Positions 1-9,887 of a stretch of DNA of 43,853 nucleotides are shown one piece after another. Origin of the DNA: Deinococcales bacterium. GTDB taxonomy: Bacteria; Deinococcota; Deinococci; Deinococcales; JAAFIG01. The notes under the pieces were generated by a model. It ran no database searches and had not been told where the DNA came from. It saw only the letters and a program-made list of their open reading frames with translations. The stretch is taken from contig JANNVX010000078.1 of assembly GCA_031414595.1 (NCBI GenBank), positions 1 to 43,853 of the forward strand, in the 5' to 3' direction. Positions within the stretch are counted from its first letter, which is position 1. Every line of letters starts with the position of its first letter. The position numbers and the translations under genes were made by a program.

Positions 1-459
1 CATTTCGACTAGCTCGAGCAGTTCTTCGTCATCTACCATATCCACTTTGTTCAAGAAGACCACGATATGCGGCACACCGACTTGTTTAGCCAAGAGAATG
101 TGTTCTCGAGTTTGTGGCATTGGACCGTCGGCAGCGCTACATACAAGAATAGCGCCGTCCATTTGGGCTGCTCCTGTAATCATGTTTTTGACATAATCAG
201 CGTGACCGGGGCAATCTACGTGGGAGTAATGGCGAGCGGCGGTGTTGTATTCAACGTGAGCGGTGTTGATCGTGATACCACGGGCTTTTTCTTCTGGGGC
301 TTTGTCTATTTGGCTGTAGTCTTGGGTTTCGATTGACGGATCAGCCGATGCAGCCGTGTATGTAATGGCGGCTGTCAGGGTGGTTTTACCGTGGTCAACA
401 TGTCCGATTGTACCGACGTTGACGTGTGGTTTGGTGCGTTCAAAGGTTGCTTTTGCCAT
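1..459 (-). CDS. tuf: Elongation factor Tu, N-terminal part (runs off the window start)
   Basis: Manual translation from ATG 459 gives [29 protein letters not shown]...[12 protein letters not shown]...[22 protein letters not shown], with a GGAGGAA RBS upstream. Absent from the ORF track because it is truncated. Confidence 0.98.
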   Translation of the reverse strand, partial: MAKATFERTKPHVNVGTIGHVDHGKTTLTAAITYTAASADPSIETQDYSQIDKAPEEKARGITINTAHVEYNTAARHYSHVDCPGHADYVKNMITGAAQMDGAILVCSAADGPMPQTREHILLAKQVGVPHIVVFLNKVDMVDDEELLELVEM

Positions 460-818
460 ATTACTTCCTCCATCTCGAGTCGTCTCAGGGTGTGCCGTTC
501 TTGGCACGCTGCGCGTTCCTCGAGTCCCACTGTCGTGGGAGGTGTCCTATCTTTCGCTTGTCGAATTACCCTGTGCTAGAAGCTCAGAGCAATTCACCAG
601 TGGTTTGTAACACTGGTTATTGCCGACAAATCGCGCCCAAAATTGGGCAAGGCTCGAGGAATGTAGCACAAAGACGCAGTTTTGAGAAGGGCAGATGGCT
701 CGAGCAAGGGCAAAGATAATTTTAGACTCAGGTTTATATACGATAGACTAGAGCCAATCTGCAAAAATATGATTTCTCGAGACCTTAAATTTTTATCAGT
801 GAAAAGCCAGAAAGCGAA

Positions 819-1430
819 TCACGAAATAAGTTCCTCGAAATTCAAAACTTTTCTTAAGTATGGCAATCCATCAGGTCTGGAACGGTCATTGGATAAATAG
901 AATCCACAAATTTCAGGACATGGACGTGAAATAATCTCAGTAGAACTTCCATTTTTTGTACTGCGCCAAATCATACGTGGTTCAGAAGAAAAAATCACAT
1001 ATGATTGATCTGAAAAATAAATTTGGAAAGCTGCACCATCCTCTTTGTGAACGAGGTTACTTTGGAAAATCGAGAATTGAATTTTGTTGTTCAAAAGTTC
1101 AAGTAAAAACTCTTTAAGACAAAGACCACGTTTCAAAATCCACGGGTCAAAGTAGCGTTCTGAACGAAATTCTAGGTCTTGTCCAAAGTGGTCTGAATAC
1201 AAAAAATACAAGTCCCCAAACGAAAACCAGAATTCAATACTGCCATAGCGGAACGCGAATTGCTCGAGCGAGTGAGCTTGTTTTAACATCCGGGAAATTT
1301 TTAGCGAGCGGTCTTCAAAGTGGTACTCCTTGGGGAAACCAAGCAATCGAACTACTTTTTGTGCAGAGTCACCAAGTCTTATACTACCAAAACGGTGTTC
1401 AAGTAGGAGTTTTTTGAGTTCAAATTTCAT
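819..1430 (-). CDS. Hypothetical protein (203 aa), AT-rich accessory cassette
   Basis: ATG ORF with a GAGG RBS-like sequence upstream. No recognisable family motif. Confidence 0.65.
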   Translation of the reverse strand: MKFELKKLLLEHRFGSIRLGDSAQKVVRLLGFPKEYHFEDRSLKISRMLKQAHSLEQFAFRYGSIEFWFSFGDLYFLYSDHFGQDLEFRSERYFDPWILKRGLCLKEFLLELLNNKIQFSIFQSNLVHKEDGAAFQIYFSDQSYVIFSSEPRMIWRSTKNGSSTEIISRPCPEICGFYLSNDRSRPDGLPYLRKVLNFEELIS

Positions 1431-1447
1431 GGTTTAATCCTCTGTTG

Positions 1448-1690
1448 TCAAGACTCGAGAATTTGATTCACACCCATCAAACCTGCACCCATTGAGGGAA
1501 TCCTAAAGCCATTTGACTTACGCCAAAGCTCGAGCAATTCTTCGGGGAGTTCGGCATTCAAATGTTGCAGTAAGGCTTGAATATCTGACTCGAGGGCTGG
1601 AGGATTTTTACGAATGCCTTGGTGGTTCAGTAGCGAATCAAAAATTTGACTATTCACAGACATTATTATACTTGAATTTCCAAAATCCAT
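1448..1690 (-). pseudogene. SMI1/KNR4 (SUKH) family protein, apparently C-terminally truncated
   Basis: NPPALESDIQALLQHLNAELPEELLELWRKSNG matches the SMI1/KNR4 N-terminal pattern (PA.E.I..LE..LG..LP.Y..F....NG). The ORF stops at 80 aa, shorter than the usual domain. Confidence 0.55.
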
Positions 1691-1705
1691 GAATCAAATA
1701 CACAC

Positions 1706-2017
1706 CTAATCAAGTAGCTTAAAACGCGAAATCCAATATCTGGGATGACGCTTATGATGCACAACTGCCACAACCCAAATCATTTCTTGGCGAATCGTAT
1801 AAATAACATAATAGGGAAAGCGTTCCAATGAAACTTTACGCGCACCTTGTTGACTAAATTCAGGGGCAGAATCTGGAAACTCGAGCAGTAAATCCACACG
1901 GGAAGTCAGTGCATTCTGAAATTCTGAACCTAATCCAAGCTGCTGCGTGTCGTACCATGCTTGAATTTCAATTAAATCCAAAATTGCTGATTCAAGATAT
2001 TCTTCACGATAAGGCAT
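1706..2017 (-). CDS. RelE/ParE-family type II toxin
   Basis: A..DL.EI..WY...GLG.EF, RFPYYVIY and AVVHHKRHPRYW motifs. Probable start ATG 2017 overlaps the antitoxin end. Confidence 0.9.
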   Translation of the reverse strand: MPYREEYLESAILDLIEIQAWYDTQQLGLGSEFQNALTSRVDLLLEFPDSAPEFSQQGARKVSLERFPYYVIYTIRQEMIWVVAVVHHKRHPRYWISRFKLLD

Positions 2018-2228
2018 TTTTAACACGTTCAAGCATTTCGGTTCTCGAGTAACGCTTCATTTCATTGTTTTCGGCTGCAACAATACGGCGGTCAGCCTCA
2101 GCCGCCCAAATAACCTCAAGTTCGGCTTGGCTTGGTTCATCTAAACTACTAAGGAGCTTTTGTGCGAGTGCAGCTCGAGTTTTTAGTGGCAGTTGAAGCA
2201 ATGTATTTTCAAATTCAATCTGACTCAT
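2004..2228 (-). CDS. Addiction-module antitoxin (unstable antitoxin family)
   Basis: LQLPLKTRAALAQKLLSSLD...WAAEADRR pattern, directly upstream of the toxin. Probable start ATG 2228 lies 6 nt after a CATAAT -10-like box. Confidence 0.85.
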   Translation of the reverse strand: MSQIEFENTLLQLPLKTRAALAQKLLSSLDEPSQAELEVIWAAEADRRIVAAENNEMKRYSRTEMLERVKNALS

Positions 2229-2424
2229 AAAAGCATTATGCTCCTTTTGCATGAAAATAGGAATCGCAAATATGGGTCTCCCCTTTCTCGAGACTCGAGT
2301 GGTGTTAGTGGCTCATTTTGCTAAGCATCCTTAATACGGTACAATCCCTGCATGAAGGCACTCGAGCCTCTAAACCAATAGCGCTCGAGTTGGTGCAGCG
2401 TTAATCTGTAAGGAGAAAATTTCC

Positions 2425-3696
2425 ATGTTGGACATTAAATTTATTCGTGAATTCCCAGACCTCGTGCGTGATGCAATTACTAAAAAGCACCTAAACCTGA
2501 ACTTAGATGATTTGTTAGCCCTTGACTCGAGTATTGCCACCAAAAAACGCGAGACCGAGGATTTCCAAGCCGAAGCCAACCGCCTTGCCAAAGAAATTTC
2601 CAAAGCCACACCCGACGCTCGCCCGAGCTTGATTGAACGCGGAAAAGTTGCAAAGAACAACTTAAACACCCTCGAGCCAGAATTGCGTCAACTCGAGGCG
2701 CAACTTAAAACCCTGATGTTCCAAGTGCCTCAGATTCCGTGGGATGGCGCTCCGATTGGCGCGGATGAAACCGCAAATCTCGAGACCCTAAAAGTCGGTA
2801 CGCCGCGAGAATTTGATTTTGCGCCGCTTGACCATGTGGCACTGCTCGAGAAGAACCGTTGGGCAGAAACCGAACGAGTGGCACGGATTGCTGGAACGCG
2901 TTCATACAGTTTACGTGGCGACCTTGCGCTGCTCGAGATGAGTGTGCTGCGTTTTGCGGTAGATTTTATGGTGCAACGTGGTTTTGAACTGATTACTGTG
3001 CCGAGTTACGCCCGTGAAGAAGCCTTTTATGCCCACGGGCAATTTCCAAGTGCCAGAGACCAAGTGTTTGCAGTCGAGGGCGAAGACCGATTTTTGGCTG
3101 GCACTGCCGAAGTGCTGCTGAACAGTTTACACAGTGGCGAAATGCTCGAGGAAACCGATTTACCTAAGCTCTATGTTTCGATTTCACCGTGTTTTCGCGC
3201 CGAAGCTGGCGCGGCAGGCAAAGACACCAGAGGTTTAACTCGGGTGCATCAGTTTAATAAAGTCGAGCAGTACGTGCTTGCCCCTGCTGACAAAGCCAAA
3301 TCCGATGAGTTATTTGAGACGATGCTGGGCAACAGCCGCAGCATTCTCGAAGCCTTAGAACTGCCGTATCGTCTGCTCGAGACCAGCACCGGCGACATGG
3401 GAACAGGCAAGTACCGCATGGTGGATGTCGAAAGCTGGGTGGTTTCGGAAAACCGTTACCGCGAAACCCATTCTTGTAGTGCGCTACACGATTGGCAAGC
3501 CCGTCGCGCCAATTTGCGTTACCGAGACGGCACAGGCAAACCACGGTTTTGCTTCACACTAAATAACACGGCGCTTGCCACGCCTAGAATTCTGGTGATG
3601 CTGCTCGAGAATCATCAAAATGCTGATGGGACTGTCAATATCCCGACCGTGTTGCAGCCCTATATGAACAAAAAAATTCTCGAGCCGAGTAAATAA
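2425..3696 (+). CDS. serS: Serine--tRNA ligase
   Basis: MLDIKFIRE start, coiled-coil arm, LAGTAE, CFRAEAG...RGL.RVHQF.KVEQ, ETHSCS and TLNNTALA.PR motifs. AAGGAG RBS. Confidence 0.97.
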   Translation: MLDIKFIREFPDLVRDAITKKHLNLNLDDLLALDSSIATKKRETEDFQAEANRLAKEISKATPDARPSLIERGKVAKNNLNTLEPELRQLEAQLKTLMFQVPQIPWDGAPIGADETANLETLKVGTPREFDFAPLDHVALLEKNRWAETERVARIAGTRSYSLRGDLALLEMSVLRFAVDFMVQRGFELITVPSYAREEAFYAHGQFPSARDQVFAVEGEDRFLAGTAEVLLNSLHSGEMLEETDLPKLYVSISPCFRAEAGAAGKDTRGLTRVHQFNKVEQYVLAPADKAKSDELFETMLGNSRSILEALELPYRLLETSTGDMGTGKYRMVDVESWVVSENRYRETHSCSALHDWQARRANLRYRDGTGKPRFCFTLNNTALATPRILVMLLENHQNADGTVNIPTVLQPYMNKKILEPSK

Positions 3697-3717
3697 AACC
3701 CTGCTCGAGTTTGGGCT

Positions 3718-4971
3718 TTAGATTCCCATGCGTTTGCGAATATCCTCGATTTTCCAGCCCGTTAGATTGGCTAGGGTTTGGGCTTGTTTTTCGAGTCGCT
3801 GGCTGAGTTCGGTTTTGTAGGCTTTGCCCGCCTCACAACTTAAGTCACCTTTGAATGGACGTTGCAGCACATAACGCCCTTGGTGGGTGCTTTGATTACT
3901 GGTTTCACGCAGCATCAGGTCGTCTTTGTGGGTCAATTTGTTGTACCGAACATGTAAGCGAGTAAAGAAAATTTGGTTTGATTGGCGCACCCAACCCGCT
4001 CCTGCCCGCTCGAGGTCTTCTAAGCTGGGCGGTGGGGCAGCGCAAGGGTCGCACCAATTTGGATTCCAAGCGTATTCAATAAAGGCTGCGCGGCTGCCTT
4101 CTCGAGTATGGGCTTTACTGAATAAGGCTTTATAAAATGTGCCAAATTGTTTTTCGACATACTCGGGAATTTCAAGGTTGCTAGGAATGGTGGTGGTGCG
4201 GTAATTGGCGGTTTCAACCCTGCCTTTGCGGGTCAGGGCGTAGACAATCACATCTTGGCTGCCTTTGGAATTCAGCATTCCAAGGCGTAGCGGCAACATA
4301 AAATCTTTACTTTCAAAACTCATTTGAATCGGGCGCAGGGTGGTAAAACCGCTCGAGTTATATTTTTCCAAGTTGACTTTTGCCACAAAAAATTTCATAT
4401 TCATTTTGATATACGGGGCTAGGGCAGCACTTGCACCTTTAGGCAGTTTATAGCCGTTTTGAACCAGCCAAGTCTCGAGTCCACTGCTTTCGGTGGCACT
4501 TAAAATCAGAATCGTGTACTCACCAATTTCATAAGTCGCTTCGATGGTCACACCGAGCGCGTCGGCTACTTTGGGGGCTTCGGCTCGAGCGGCTTGATTG
4601 GTTGGGGCTGTGGTTGCAACTGGCATTGGTCTTTCAAGAATTGGATTACAAGGGTCTGCGTCAAAATACTCCACTAAACGCGGAGCGCTGTAGGCATCTA
4701 GTTTTTTAATTAAATCTGGCTCGAGAACACTGATTTCGGATTCTTTTAAGACCACAGGCACGGGTACAACCATCGCAAAGTCCTTGACACTGCCCTTAAA
4801 ATCCGAGACCATGGTGATTTTATTGCGGTTGCCATCTTTGGCATAAATAATTTGCGAGGCTTGATTAAAAAGCTCTCCATCGGCTTTTGCCACATAAAAA
4901 CCACAAAAAGCCAATGCCCCTCCGCTTGCCAAAGTTGCTAATGTGACCAGAACCGATGAAAACCGTTTCAT
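3718..4971 (-). CDS. DUF2330-family secreted protein
   Basis: Signal peptide followed by FCGFYVAKAD..LFNQASQ, APRLVEYFD.DPC and CDPC motifs. GGAGG RBS. Confidence 0.85.
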   Translation of the reverse strand: MKRFSSVLVTLATLASGGALAFCGFYVAKADGELFNQASQIIYAKDGNRNKITMVSDFKGSVKDFAMVVPVPVVLKESEISVLEPDLIKKLDAYSAPRLVEYFDADPCNPILERPMPVATTAPTNQAARAEAPKVADALGVTIEATYEIGEYTILILSATESSGLETWLVQNGYKLPKGASAALAPYIKMNMKFFVAKVNLEKYNSSGFTTLRPIQMSFESKDFMLPLRLGMLNSKGSQDVIVYALTRKGRVETANYRTTTIPSNLEIPEYVEKQFGTFYKALFSKAHTREGSRAAFIEYAWNPNWCDPCAAPPPSLEDLERAGAGWVRQSNQIFFTRLHVRYNKLTHKDDLMLRETSNQSTHQGRYVLQRPFKGDLSCEAGKAYKTELSQRLEKQAQTLANLTGWKIEDIRKRMGI

Positions 4972-5080
4972 AATGCACCTCCGTGCTACTGCAATTAAAG
5001 TCTACTCGAGTCACCTGAGGTTGAACTGATACGGAACGAAAACCGCTCTCGAGGCGTAGTGTAGTGTTGGAGGTAATTAT

Positions 5081-6025
5081 ATGGGATTTGGAGTTCTACT
5101 GATATTAGCGGGTTTAGCGGCAATCATTGCCAGTTTTGCACAACGACCTTTGGCACGCTTGCGTCCTGTGGGTTTAATCGGTGTGGTCTTTGGGATTTTT
5201 GTCAGCATCAGCGCGGCGGCTTTGGTCAGTGTGCCAGTCGGTATGGCAGGGGTGATTTCTAATCAGTTCAGTGGCTTAAAACCCGATGTCTTACTGGCTG
5301 GAACGCACTTTATTACGCCCGGAATTGAACGGGTGACTTATTACAATGCTCGTCTGCAAGAAATGACCCTCTCGAGACGCGGCGAAGGCGGACCTGACAA
5401 GGACGAGAGCATCAAGGCGCTCTCTCGAGAAGGATTGGAAATAAGCGCCGATATTACCGTGCAGTACCAAATTATTCCATCAAAAGCCCCAGAACTCCAC
5501 AAAGAAATCGGACCAAATTACGAAGAAATTGTGATTCGCCCAATTGTACGCTCTGAAGTGCGAAACGGCATTGGATCATTCAACGCTGGCGAGTTAATCA
5601 GCACCAAGCGCAAGGAACTCGAGACGGTAATTATTAAAACCTTAGAAAAAGAATTCTTAAAATCCAATATCGAATTAAAGGCTGTGTTATTGCGTGAGCT
5701 TCGGATTCCGGACAGTGTAGCCAAAGCCATTGAGGAAAAACAAACCGCCGAGCAGCGCGTCCAAACCGAACGCAATAACCGTGATGCCGAACGAATCCGC
5801 GCCGATACAGTCTTTGTTAAAGCCAGTGGTGATGCCAAAGCCGCCGTCGCTCGAGCCGAGGGCGAAGCCAAGAGCTTACGTTTACGCGCCAGTGCCTTAA
5901 AAGAAAATCCGCAACTGATTCAACTGACGATTGCCGAAAAACTAGCGCCAACCATCCAGACGATTATGATTCCATCAAGCGGTAATTTCTTACTGAATTT
6001 AGACAGCCTGACCGCTAAAAAATAA
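5081..6025 (+). CDS. SPFH/prohibitin (band 7) family membrane protein
   Basis: Two N-terminal TM helices, SPFH core (SREGLEISADITVQY) and AIEEKQ.AEQ coiled coil. Confidence 0.92.
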   Translation: MGFGVLLILAGLAAIIASFAQRPLARLRPVGLIGVVFGIFVSISAAALVSVPVGMAGVISNQFSGLKPDVLLAGTHFITPGIERVTYYNARLQEMTLSRRGEGGPDKDESIKALSREGLEISADITVQYQIIPSKAPELHKEIGPNYEEIVIRPIVRSEVRNGIGSFNAGELISTKRKELETVIIKTLEKEFLKSNIELKAVLLRELRIPDSVAKAIEEKQTAEQRVQTERNNRDAERIRADTVFVKASGDAKAAVARAEGEAKSLRLRASALKENPQLIQLTIAEKLAPTIQTIMIPSSGNFLLNLDSLTAKK

Positions 6026-6034
6026 GTTGATGCG

Positions 6035-6063
6035 ACAGCCACTCTAATTAGGGTGGCTGTCTT
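6035..6063 (+). terminator. Stem-loop after SPFH gene
   Basis: ACAGCCAC/GTGGCTGT inverted repeat just after the stop codon. The U-tail is weak. Confidence 0.5.
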
Positions 6064-6078
6064 GGTTATACTCGAGCC

Positions 6079-7098
6079 ATGCCAGATGGTTTTGATTTAG
6101 CCGATTATGATTTTGAACTACCCGATTCTAGGATTGCCCAAGTCGGCGCAGACCCAAGGGACTCGAGCAAATTATTGGTGGTACACCGGAGCAAACCAGA
6201 CTTTGAAGACCGAATTTTTAGTGATGTCCTCGAGTATTTAATTGCTGGCGATGTACTGATTATCAATCAAACCCAAGTGATTCCAGCCCGCCTCGAGGCA
6301 CACAAACCCACTGGCGGAAAACTTGAGGTGTTGTTGCTACGGGAATTTGAGCTTGGGGTCTGGAGTGCTTTTCTAAAACCCGCCAAGCGAGTTCTGGTAG
6401 ATGGAGAACTGCGCTTCGGGCATGGAATCACTGCCATTGTCGAAAAGGTTCTCGAGGACGGAGCGCGGCTATTGCGCTTTTCGACCGATATAAAACCGCA
6501 TTTGGATAATTTGGGCGCGATTCCACTGCCGCCATACATTGCCGACTCTGCGTTGGCTCGAGAGCGGTATCAAACGGTTTATGCCAAAGACGCTGGTAGC
6601 GTGGCAGCACCAACGGCAGGTTTGCATTTCACCCCAGAATTACTAGGGGCAGTACAACGAAAAGGTATAAAAATTTGTCCAATCACGCTGCATGTCGGGG
6701 CGGGTACATTCAAACCTGTACTTGATAGCATACAAAATCATGTCATGCACAGCGAACCCTTTGAAATTCCAGAAAGTACCGCCCAAGCCGTCAACACCGC
6801 CAAACTCGAGCAGCGCCGCGTGATTGCCGTCGGGACAACTTCAGTTCGCGCCCTCGAGACCGCATGGGATGGTCAAACCCTGCAAGCTGGGGCTAGAGAA
6901 AGTGCTTTATTTATTCGTCCGCCTCAAACCCTAAAAGTGGTGGATGGGATGATTACCAATTTTCATTTGCCTCGCTCTACTTTGCTGATGCTGGTGGCTT
7001 CTTTTGCGGGTTTTGAAACCATGAAAACGGCTTACAAAACCGCCCTCGAGTCTGATTATCGTTTTTACAGCCTAGGGGACGCGATGCTGATTTTATAA
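6079..7098 (+). CDS. queA: tRNA preQ1(34) SAM ribosyltransferase-isomerase
   Basis: PLPPYI, YQTVYA, GSVAAPTAGLHFT, AVGTTSVRALE, TNFHLPRSTLLML and YRFYSLGDAM motifs. Confidence 0.97.
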   Translation: MPDGFDLADYDFELPDSRIAQVGADPRDSSKLLVVHRSKPDFEDRIFSDVLEYLIAGDVLIINQTQVIPARLEAHKPTGGKLEVLLLREFELGVWSAFLKPAKRVLVDGELRFGHGITAIVEKVLEDGARLLRFSTDIKPHLDNLGAIPLPPYIADSALARERYQTVYAKDAGSVAAPTAGLHFTPELLGAVQRKGIKICPITLHVGAGTFKPVLDSIQNHVMHSEPFEIPESTAQAVNTAKLEQRRVIAVGTTSVRALETAWDGQTLQAGARESALFIRPPQTLKVVDGMITNFHLPRSTLLMLVASFAGFETMKTAYKTALESDYRFYSLGDAMLIL

Positions 7099-7270
7099 AA
7101 GCAGGAGCAAGAGAAAAACAGCTTTGTTCCTGCTTCCCAAGCCATTGCCCTATGCCGTTTGGCGCATGAATTTAGACTCGAGTCTGATGTACAATAAATC
7201 ACTCGAGCTTGATGCCGTCTGCGCTCGAGAATTTATGGGCGCTTGGTTGCCCAAGCAATGGGGTAGAATC

Positions 7271-7885
7271 ATGCCGAAGTTAAAGCGTCAGCACACCTTC
7301 GAGGAATTATTCGAGGAACAAGAACCAGACATAGTACCTGATGAATCAGCACCGTCACGTACTCGCGGTATTAATCTCAATGCGCCGACGGTGCTTGTCT
7401 TAAATGCCTCCTATGAGCCGTTGCATGTTTGTAGTATCAAACGTGCGATTACACTACTTATGTCTGATATTGCGCTTCGTATTGAGGATAAAGAAGATGC
7501 GTTTTTGCATTCCCCAAGTACCCAAATCCCCGTACCTAGCGTGATTCGCTTGATTAAGTATGTCAAGCGCCCACCACGTTTTCACATTGCTTTTAATCGC
7601 CGCAATGTCTTTCGCCGTGATAATCATGCTTGTCAGTTTTGCGGTAAGGGCGGCAGTGATTTAACGCTTGACCATGTGATTCCACGCTCGAGGGGCGGAC
7701 GCAACTCTTGGGAAAATATTGTCACCGCTTGCCGTGAATGCAACTCTAAAAAGCGTGACCGCACGCCACATGAAGCCAAAATGAAACTGATTCGTGAGCC
7801 GTTCGCGCCTAAGTTTGTCTTCTCGACAGCTTACGGACAAGCCCCTAAACTCGATGCTGCTTGGGAAAAATACATTGGCAGTTAA
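7271..7885 (+). CDS. HNH endonuclease family protein
   Basis: VLVLNASYEPL, RRNVFRRD..CQFCG, LTLDHVIPRSRGG and WENIVTAC..CN.KK motifs. Start probably ATG 7271 rather than TTG 7124. Confidence 0.9.
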   Translation: MPKLKRQHTFEELFEEQEPDIVPDESAPSRTRGINLNAPTVLVLNASYEPLHVCSIKRAITLLMSDIALRIEDKEDAFLHSPSTQIPVPSVIRLIKYVKRPPRFHIAFNRRNVFRRDNHACQFCGKGGSDLTLDHVIPRSRGGRNSWENIVTACRECNSKKRDRTPHEAKMKLIREPFAPKFVFSTAYGQAPKLDAAWEKYIGS

Positions 7886-9825
7886 TTCAGTAAGGCATGA
7901 CGCAAACGATCAAATTCTACGGGGACTTCGCCAAGATGTTCGACAAAACGGCGGCTGGCGCGAAGCAGTTCGCGTTTAGCTGCCAGTTCACCCTCGAGCG
8001 ACAACGTAGTGTTAATCACAAATTCGTAAATTGCGGTGTTGAACGGTTCAATCTCGAGTAAACGATGGGCTAAAGTTAAGCATTTTTGATGCTCACCACC
8101 GTCGTACCAGCGTTGCAAGGTCTCGAGTCCAATTTTAATGATGCTCCATGCCAAGGCTTCACGCTCCTCAACTGCCCACTGTGAACTGGCAGTTGGTAAG
8201 AATTCACCAGTGTAGGTGTTGATCGCACTGGTGATTCTATTATCATCATCGCTGTTGACCAATTGCTGAATAATTTGTGCATCCCAGTATAAATCAGTAT
8301 TGCATTGCACAGCGTAGGTTTTTGCATTTGGATTATATTCAATCCAAATTGCATCGGTGACGCTTTTTAAGGTCTGACGGGTTTTATGAAAGTAATTGGC
8401 GGCTTGGCGTGGAATTGAATCTGGGAATAATGTACCTAAGAACTTATCAAGACTACTGTGTGGATTTTTCAGTAGGTAAGCCAGTATTTCCACTGTACGA
8501 CTCATTCGCAAATTAAGAGGTTTGCCGTCAACGACTAATTGGATTTTACCCAGTGTTAGAATTTGAACTTGTAAAGCTGCTTTTGGTGCTTGAATTTTTG
8601 TAGGCATCAAGGCTTTGCGCCACGCATCTGGCGCTTTTAGTACCAACAATTGCTGTACTCGAGGTAAGCAAATCATTTCAAGACAAGCGGCTTGGTCTTG
8701 GCTTTCAAATGCAATATTCGCAGCGACTTCCAATGCACCTAAAGCTGCTTGTGAATCTGACAACCACAAGTTGACATTGGCAATATGCAAAAAAACACCC
8801 AGCAATTCACGCGGCATATTCAGTCGCAAAAACGCTTCTTTGGCTCGAGTTAAATGCACCAAAGCGACTATGGGTTGAGTGGCACTAAAAACCTGCCCTG
8901 AACGCCATTCAAGAAAGGCTAAATCGCGTTCAGAATGTATCTTAAGATTTTTAGCTCGAGCAAGATGCAATTTGCTAATTTCAAACTCTTCTAAAGTGAC
9001 ATAACAAGCGGCTAAACACAACTCAGCATGAAAAACTACGTCTAAATCCTCGGTTTGGTGAGCAAGACTTGACGATAATTCAAAAGCATTTACTGCCAGT
9101 TGCCAATCTCCTTGAGCGCGGTAAACCACACCCACCACATATTCGAGATTAGCAGTCAGACTTGGAACATATTCCAGTTTTTCACGAACCAACCCAAGGT
9201 CTTGTTTAGCCCGTTCAAAATCAGCTTGGAACAAGCGGCAACGCGCCCGATTCAGCAGCACTCGAGCAGCGCGACCCTGTAAGTAATTATCTGTATTTTC
9301 AAAAGCGATTGTAAAATAGTGTTCGGCTCGAGCGTACCGCCGTACATTCATATACACTTCTGCAAGTATTTGTGCAATTCCAGCCCGAAGTCGCAAAAGG
9401 TCTTCATGGCTTGTTACAGCCGCCCAAGCCATTTTCAGTGTTGACATTGCGCCTTCTTGATCACCTAGCACAAACTGATGAATGGCTAATTCACGTAGAA
9501 GTAGAACATGGTCAAAGCAGTTTTTGGGTTGTTGTTTTGAATCCAAGGAAGTAGTTGCTATTAAAGATTCTATTTCGGCATAGGCACTTTTCCATTCACC
9601 AAGGGCGCGATAAGCCGATGCCAATTCTATACGAGCTTGCACACAGCCTCGAGCCACTGCCCGAACTAATAAATCTTTAGCTCTAAAAGGTTGATTTAGC
9701 ACAAGCAATGCACAACCAGCCCACCGATCATCTACTGCGCTTGGCGCATCAATTCCTAAATACACATCCAAGGCTTTGCCCTCGTAACCATCCAAAATCA
9801 GACTGTGGAGTGGATGAGGCATCAT
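7882..9825 (-). CDS. TPR-repeat transcriptional regulator with C-terminal winged-HTH + BTAD (SARP-like) module
   Basis: The N-terminal ~410 aa are helical TPR-like repeats. They are followed by IQILTLGKIQLVVDG...RTVEILAYLL (OmpR-type wHTH) and YTGEFLP....WAVEERE...LLEIEPFNT (BTAD). Start is ATG 9825/9822 or GTG 9843. Confidence 0.85.
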   Translation of the reverse strand: MMPHPLHSLILDGYEGKALDVYLGIDAPSAVDDRWAGCALLVLNQPFRAKDLLVRAVARGCVQARIELASAYRALGEWKSAYAEIESLIATTSLDSKQQPKNCFDHVLLLRELAIHQFVLGDQEGAMSTLKMAWAAVTSHEDLLRLRAGIAQILAEVYMNVRRYARAEHYFTIAFENTDNYLQGRAARVLLNRARCRLFQADFERAKQDLGLVREKLEYVPSLTANLEYVVGVVYRAQGDWQLAVNAFELSSSLAHQTEDLDVVFHAELCLAACYVTLEEFEISKLHLARAKNLKIHSERDLAFLEWRSGQVFSATQPIVALVHLTRAKEAFLRLNMPRELLGVFLHIANVNLWLSDSQAALGALEVAANIAFESQDQAACLEMICLPRVQQLLVLKAPDAWRKALMPTKIQAPKAALQVQILTLGKIQLVVDGKPLNLRMSRTVEILAYLLKNPHSSLDKFLGTLFPDSIPRQAANYFHKTRQTLKSVTDAIWIEYNPNAKTYAVQCNTDLYWDAQIIQQLVNSDDDNRITSAINTYTGEFLPTASSQWAVEEREALAWSIIKIGLETLQRWYDGGEHQKCLTLAHRLLEIEPFNTAIYEFVINTTLSLEGELAAKRELLRASRRFVEHLGEVPVEFDRLRHALLN

Positions 9826-9858
9826 AATTATTTGATTATACACGTGATTGACGTTTTG

Positions 9859-9887
9859 TCAGCATTTCGTCAGCATCTGCTCAGCAC
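9859..9887 (+). promoter_or_regulatory. Three direct repeats TCAGCA(T/C) at 11-bp period; candidate SARP operator
   Basis: TCAGCA starts at 9859, 9870 and 9881. The last heptamer ends at 9887, 8 nt before the TAGGCT -10 (9896-9901). Confidence 0.75.

Noticed and set aside
67-719. Plus-strand ORFs 67..336, 356..610, 391..579 and 426..719
   Set aside because: They are antisense shadows of tuf and its leader.
2253-2424. T-box riboswitch upstream of serS
   Set aside because: The leader is only about 70 nt from the predicted TSS and has no TGGNACC T-box motif.
7124-7885. HNH gene as a homing endonuclease or mobile element
   Set aside because: It has no intron, intein or terminal repeats, and it matches a widespread stand-alone HNH family.
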